In this document: in pieces, positions 54,882-59,372 of the stretch
Layout of the letters: each line of letters opens with the position of its first letter
How positions within the stretch are numbered: position 1 is the first letter of the stretch
Assembly (NCBI GenBank): GCA_018897195.1
Contig: JAHILH010000004.1
Coordinates: 149,678-209,049, forward strand
Direction of reading: 5' to 3'
DNA from: Patescibacteria group bacterium
Lineage (GTDB): Bacteria > Patescibacteriota > Patescibacteriia > Patescibacteriales > UBA12075
Length of the DNA: 59,372 nt
Position numbers and translations under genes: made by a program
The notes under the pieces: model-generated
The model's database searches: none
What the model was told of the DNA's origin: nothing
Seen by the model: the letters and a program-made list of their open reading frames with translations, nothing else

Positions 54882-55058
54882 ATGTTTAAAAACGACGACA
54901 TTCTGACAATTGAAGAAGTCGCTGCAGTCCTTAAGGTTTCCAAGAGGACTGTTTATCGTTGGATAGATAATAAGGAATTAAAAGTAGCCCGGATTGGTCG
55001 CAAGACTTACCGGGTTTTTGAGTCTGATTTAAAAAGCTTCGTTAAGAAGTTTATGTAG
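54882..55058 (+). CDS. Excisionase-family (MerR-like) helix-turn-helix protein
   Basis: LTIEEVAAVLKVSKRTVYRWIDNKELKVARIG. The ATG at 54882 is preferred over the TTG at 54873. Confidence 0.7.
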   Translation: MFKNDDILTIEEVAAVLKVSKRTVYRWIDNKELKVARIGRKTYRVFESDLKSFVKKFM

Positions 55059-55271
55059 CTCTTTAAAGTAAACTAAAATCCTTTCTTCGCAATTTCAGAG
55101 TATTTGTAAAAAAGTATTCTGAGGGTTGGGTGGAAATCCAACACGAGTTTTAAATTCCCATGCGAAACTCATGCCGCCTTAATTTTTGTGGAGTTTGAGC
55201 CATTTCCCCATGCGCTTAGACTCCACGAAAAGGCACCATAATTTTATTATCTATATTTGTACCCCCTCCTG

Positions 55272-55289
55272 TTTTTTTTTGGGGGGGGG
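55272..55289. repeat. Homopolymer tract T9G9, preceded by CCCCCTCC
   Basis: accccctcctg-ttttttttt-ggggggggg, ending 23 nt upstream of the 55313 ATG. Confidence 0.9.
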
Positions 55290-55312
55290 TGATAACGAAG
55301 AGTTAAAGTGAT

Positions 55313-57238
55313 ATGAATCTAATAAAAATTACAATTAAATATTTGCTAGTTGTGTTGATGGTGTTATCTCCATCTTTAGCTTCGGCTGAAATGCGGAGCA
55401 ATAGTTATATTCTTAATGAGAACGTGAACCATAGTTTTAATGGGCCGATTATTTCTGGTGTGAGTCATTCTGTTTCTGGTGTCGATGTGACGGTAGCATT
55501 TGTGACCAATGTGATTGCTGATGCTTTTGTAATTTATAACACTGATCCGGCTTTTATTGATAGCATGGAGCAAGGTACGAGCATTAAGAGTGGTACAAGT
55601 CACAATATTGCGTTAAAGGGTTTATTGGCTGATACGACTTATTATTATCGTGTTCGCTCTGAGCGGGTAAATGGAGGGGTGTCGACTGATATAACTTCGC
55701 GTAGTTTTGTGACTGGACATGGACTGGAAGCAGAGACTGTAGTACCTGTTAGTGGCGGTGGAACATTGATTATTGATAAAACTGATAAGATAGCACCGAT
55801 TATAAGCAATGTGCAAATAAATATTGTTGATGAAGCTAGTTTGAGTATGTCTTGGGACACAAATGAGGAGGCGACGAGTTTTGGCGAGTATGGAGAAACA
55901 CAGCAATATGGAAATACTAGTGGATTATGGGACAAGGTGATTAAGCATGTCGTGATATTGAAAAATCTGCAACCAGAATTAATTTACCATCTTCGACCAG
56001 TGTCGAGTGATGGGTGGGGCAATGTTGCTTATGGTGAAGATCAGATTTTTAATACCGTAGCTGGTAAAAAAGTTGAGGGTGAATTTATTGCGTCTACCAG
56101 TGAAGAAAATAAGGCAATGGAAATAAACCAAAGTGTATTAGCGGAAGCAGCGAAACGAATGATGAGTTTTGTTCAGCGCTTATTTCCGCAAGCGACGTTG
56201 AATGATAAATCAACCCTGGGTGAAATAACAACTATTGAAGAGTTGTCTCGATTTATTCCCGCCCCCATTTTATCGGGTGAACCAAGAATTGAAGCGGGAT
56301 CGGATAGGGCGACAATCTTTTGGATAACTGATATTGATGCATCTTCGCAAATAGCTATTTCGCCTGATGCAGACTATAAAAACAGAAAAGGTGAATTATA
56401 TATTCAGGTTGTTGGTGACGCACAGAATTTAAGTCAGAATCATAGTGTTCAAATTTTTGGCTTACAAGCGGATACGGCTTATCATTATCAATTGCGTAGT
56501 AAGGCGAGTTTTGGGCCAATGGCGTTTTCTCGTGATTTTACTTTTCGAACGATTGATGATGGAGTAAAAATTGTTAGTTTTTTGACACAGATTAAAAATG
56601 ATCAGGCTGCTTCAATAAAATGGGTTACAAATAAAGAAGCAAATAGTGCAATTCAATATGCGCCCTATCACGACAATCTAGTTGCCTTGGATGAAGTAAA
56701 AATAATCAAAAATGATGAGTATAATATAATTCATGAAATTGATGTTAATGATTTTCAGGCTGGTGTATTTTATGATGTGGAAATAATCAGTGTTGATAAA
56801 AAAGGCAACACGGTGAAGGAGAAACTGGATCGTTTTTCAACCCAGGAAAATGATTTGCCTCCGGAGATATCTAATATAAAAACTAATTCCACGGTGTTTA
56901 TTGATAGAAATAATAAAACGCAAACCGTTATTTCTTGGTTGACCAATGAGCCAACTAGCGCACAAATTTTTTACCAAGAAGGTGTACATGGAGCAGGAGG
57001 AGAATTAAGTGAGAGTACAGATGTTAATAATAATTTTACCAAAGAACATATTTTTGTTATTACCAAGTTTAAGCCGGGAACTGTTTATAGTTTTCAGATA
57101 AGGGCGATTGATTCTGGCGGAAACGAGGTGTTGTCAAAAATTAACACTTTTATGACGGCGAAAAACAAAGAATCAATTATTCAAGTAATAATTAAAATAT
57201 TGGAAGACACCTTTGGTTGGGTGAAGAAGCTAATGTAG
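55313..57238 (+). CDS. Secreted protein with about five fibronectin-type-III-like repeats
   Basis: Signal peptide (...SPSLASA). The recurring Fn3-like strand motif ...L.ADT.Y.Y..RS appears as LADTTYYYRVRS, LQPELIYHLRPVS, LQADTAYHYQLRS, FQAGVFYDVEIIS and FKPGTVYSFQIRA. Confidence 0.75.
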   Translation: MNLIKITIKYLLVVLMVLSPSLASAEMRSNSYILNENVNHSFNGPIISGVSHSVSGVDVTVAFVTNVIADAFVIYNTDPAFIDSMEQGTSIKSGTSHNIALKGLLADTTYYYRVRSERVNGGVSTDITSRSFVTGHGLEAETVVPVSGGGTLIIDKTDKIAPIISNVQINIVDEASLSMSWDTNEEATSFGEYGETQQYGNTSGLWDKVIKHVVILKNLQPELIYHLRPVSSDGWGNVAYGEDQIFNTVAGKKVEGEFIASTSEENKAMEINQSVLAEAAKRMMSFVQRLFPQATLNDKSTLGEITTIEELSRFIPAPILSGEPRIEAGSDRATIFWITDIDASSQIAISPDADYKNRKGELYIQVVGDAQNLSQNHSVQIFGLQADTAYHYQLRSKASFGPMAFSRDFTFRTIDDGVKIVSFLTQIKNDQAASIKWVTNKEANSAIQYAPYHDNLVALDEVKIIKNDEYNIIHEIDVNDFQAGVFYDVEIISVDKKGNTVKEKLDRFSTQENDLPPEISNIKTNSTVFIDRNNKTQTVISWLTNEPTSAQIFYQEGVHGAGGELSESTDVNNNFTKEHIFVITKFKPGTVYSFQIRAIDSGGNEVLSKINTFMTAKNKESIIQVIIKILEDTFGWVKKLM

Positions 57239-57263
57239 AAATATAAAAAAATAATCAATAATA

Positions 57264-59372
57264 ATGTTTAAAGTAAAAATAAAAACTAAATATGCGATGA
57301 TAATGATGACTGGTTTATTCCTGTTGTTTAGTGCTGTTTATGTAAATGCAGCTTCGATGTTGAATTTCTCTGGAAAAATTACTGATGTCGGCGGTGCGGA
57401 ATTAGCTGATGGTGTTTATGATATGAAATTTAAGATTTTTGATGCGCAAACTGCTGGCAGTATTCTGTGGAGTGAAGATTTGACAACGGTGAATAGATTC
57501 GGTGGGATTATTAGTAGTGTGTCTGGTCGAGTTTATACATATAGCAGTGAACATGCGACCACAACTTTACGTGTTGGACAATATTTATATAATGCCTCAA
57601 CAAGTGAAGCGGCCTTGATTGTTGATTTTAATCAGGGAGCGCAAACGATTACAGTGGCAAGCGGTTCGCCAACATGGTCGGTTGGACAAGTGATTAACAA
57701 TAGACCATTTGTGGAAGGTGGAGTGATTAATGAAAACCTAGGCTCTGTAACAGACCTTGATATTGATTTTAGCCAAACTCGATATCTGGAACTAGAATTT
57801 AATGGAGAGGTGATGGAGCCAAGGAAAATTCTTGATACGGCCGCTAATGCTTTTAACGCGGAGAGATTGGGTGGGCAAAATGCTAGCGACTTTGCTAACG
57901 TGAACAATAATTTGAGCGTCTTTGGGCAATGGGATTTTGTGAATATTTTGAATGTATCAACAAGTTCGGCAACCACAGCTTTGACTGTTAATCAGGGGGG
58001 TACGGGCGATATTGTGAGATTTATGCATGGCACAACAACGTCATTTGCAATTTTAGCAGATGGACAAGTGCGTTTTGAAAACTATTCTTTCCCAATTTTA
58101 GATGGTGGTGCGGGCTATGTTTTAAAGACGGATGGCAATGGCGTAGTTAGTTGGCAAGTTGATTTAACTTCTAACGTTGGATCATCGTGGGCGACCAACA
58201 TAGATAATTCAATAATTTATCCCGCAGATACAGCGCAAATAGTTGTGGTTGGTAGTAATGCAACCTCAACACCTGGTTATCGTTTAGAGGTGCGCAATGG
58301 CAGTTCTTTATTTGAGGGGGTGCGGATTAGTAATAGTTTATTTATTGGTGGAGCGATTACAAATGGGCTTTGGAATGGCGCGGCAATTACTAATACATAC
58401 ATTGCCTCTAGTTCAGTTTGGAACAATACTTACAACGTGGTCACTGCCAGCTCTACAGAATGGCAGACTGGTTATACTTATCGATTAACTAGCGCCTCCG
58501 GAGAATTTACATTAAGCAATAATCAGTTAGCAATTAACGCGAGTTATAATATTCCGCTTACCGCCAGCACCTCTCAATGGGTTACTGCCTATGGTTGGGG
58601 TAACCATGCTTTAGCTGGTTATCTAGTGAAGGCAAATAATTTATCTGATTTGAATAGTTCTTCAACTGCCAGAATCAACCTTGGTTTAGCGATTGGGACA
58701 AATGTACAAGCATATAGTGCCAATCTTTCCGAGCTGGGTGCGCTTGTTAAAGCTGCTGACAAGATGATTTATTTGGATGGCTTCGGAAATTATAATTTAA
58801 CTGCCTTTACAACTATGGCTAGATCATTGATGGATGATGTTGATGCGGCAAGTATGAGGACGACCTTGGGATTGGGGACGATGGCAACTATAAATAATAT
58901 TGGTTCAACAACGATTACGGTTTTAGGAACGGTGACGACTGGAAAGTGGCAAGGCGATGTTGTTGCTGTTGCATATGGTGGTACTGGCACAAGTACGGTT
59001 CAGGCCGGCTATCTGTTAATGGGTAATGGTAGTGGTGGTTATAGCCTAGTAGCATCAACTACATTGGGTAGCACGCCAGCGCTAACTGGTTTAACTGATG
59101 TAAATATTTCCGGAGTACAAAATGGACAATTAATTCGTTGGGATAGTGTAACAAGTAAGTGGGTAAATATTTCAACCAGTTCCCTGAATATTGACCTGGG
59201 TAATACCACCGGCACATTGGCAGTAAATCGTGGCGGTACAGGTAAAATTACCTGGACTCAAGGTGGACTATTATTCGCAACTACAACAAATGAATTAGCT
59301 CAAATTGAAAACGGCACCAGTGGTTATGCTTTGACTTGGAGCAATACTCTAGGTAGACCTGTTTGGGCGAGC
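57264..59372 (+). CDS. Large secreted protein with tail-fibre-like repeats (3' end outside the window; absent from the supplied ORF track)
   Basis: The ATG at 57264 is followed by 703 sense codons running to the window edge. It has a signal peptide (..LLFSAVYVNAAS) and motifs typical of phage tail fibres and surface fibres: NNLSDLNSSSTARINLGL, AASMRTTLGLG, VAYGGTGTST and VNRGGTGKIT. Confidence 0.75.
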   Translation, partial: MFKVKIKTKYAMIMMTGLFLLFSAVYVNAASMLNFSGKITDVGGAELADGVYDMKFKIFDAQTAGSILWSEDLTTVNRFGGIISSVSGRVYTYSSEHATTTLRVGQYLYNASTSEAALIVDFNQGAQTITVASGSPTWSVGQVINNRPFVEGGVINENLGSVTDLDIDFSQTRYLELEFNGEVMEPRKILDTAANAFNAERLGGQNASDFANVNNNLSVFGQWDFVNILNVSTSSATTALTVNQGGTGDIVRFMHGTTTSFAILADGQVRFENYSFPILDGGAGYVLKTDGNGVVSWQVDLTSNVGSSWATNIDNSIIYPADTAQIVVVGSNATSTPGYRLEVRNGSSLFEGVRISNSLFIGGAITNGLWNGAAITNTYIASSSVWNNTYNVVTASSTEWQTGYTYRLTSASGEFTLSNNQLAINASYNIPLTASTSQWVTAYGWGNHALAGYLVKANNLSDLNSSSTARINLGLAIGTNVQAYSANLSELGALVKAADKMIYLDGFGNYNLTAFTTMARSLMDDVDAASMRTTLGLGTMATINNIGSTTITVLGTVTTGKWQGDVVAVAYGGTGTSTVQAGYLLMGNGSGGYSLVASTTLGSTPALTGLTDVNISGVQNGQLIRWDSVTSKWVNISTSSLNIDLGNTTGTLAVNRGGTGKITWTQGGLLFATTTNELAQIENGTSGYALTWSNTLGRPVWAS

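Noticed and set aside
54882-59372. The HTH gene plus the tail-fibre-like protein could be a prophage.
   Set aside because: No integrase, terminase, portal, capsid, tail-tube or lysis genes are present. Both large proteins have signal peptides and repeat architectures typical of cell-surface proteins.
51736-59372. A diversity-generating retroelement might target the surface proteins.
   Set aside because: No reverse transcriptase gene was found, and no template/variable repeat pair was noticed within the window.
1-59372. An alternative genetic code (UGA recoded, as in some CPR lineages).
   Set aside because: Long conserved genes (dnaA, pnp, PBP1A, tig) are uninterrupted under the standard code, and TGA terminates the xis-like gene (9071-9073).

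Overview
This is a 59.4-kb chromosomal segment from a low-GC, gene-dense bacterium. Long ORFs are uninterrupted and TGA is used as a stop, so the standard code applies. The gene content suggests a Patescibacteria/CPR-like organism, but that is an inference and not a proven assignment. The supporting features are acidic tails on S15, NusA and a NYN-domain (YacP-like) protein, CxxC zinc-ribbon mini-proteins, large secreted repeat proteins, a stand-alone [NiFe]-hydrogenase and little biosynthesis.

Layout:
- (i) nt 1-10281 is an integrative island abutting the 3' end of ssrA (tmRNA). It carries a tyrosine integrase, a Xis-like HTH protein, an AEP-primase/RecA-like ATPase fusion, an operon of two m5C methyltransferases plus a PLD-family restriction nuclease, and a HerA-like ATPase coupled to a gene cut off by the window edge.
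- (ii) smpB-ssrA and tRNA-Gly follow. Next come a two-subunit [NiFe]-hydrogenase with its maturation protease, and an O2/ROS-detoxification operon (CsoR-like regulator, thioredoxin, two rubrerythrins, desulfoferrodoxin).
- (iii) The origin region runs rpmH-yidD-yidC | oriC | dnaA-dnaN.
- (iv) Housekeeping genes include PBP1A, a galT-like gene, lspA, a DksA-type protein, nusA, ppaC, tig, hypCDE plus a truncated hypF, an M23/LysM peptidase, rpsO-NYN-pnp, uppP, rlmN and yraN. There are six tRNAs in the window and no rRNA.
- (v) The right end (51.7-59.4 kb) encodes secreted Ig-like, Fn3-like and tail-fibre-like repeat proteins. A small accessory block with iteron-like repeats sits among them.

The most notable non-coding signals are these:
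- A dispersed family of nested palindromes, ACTTAAGTCCA-N8-TGGACTTAAGT, with 11 copies.
- A roughly 310-nt promoter-to-terminator unit with no ORF, which is a candidate ncRNA.
- Several short intergenic motifs that recur at distant loci.
- A T9G9 homopolymer tract upstream of a surface-protein gene.

No CRISPR array, reverse transcriptase or transposase was seen.
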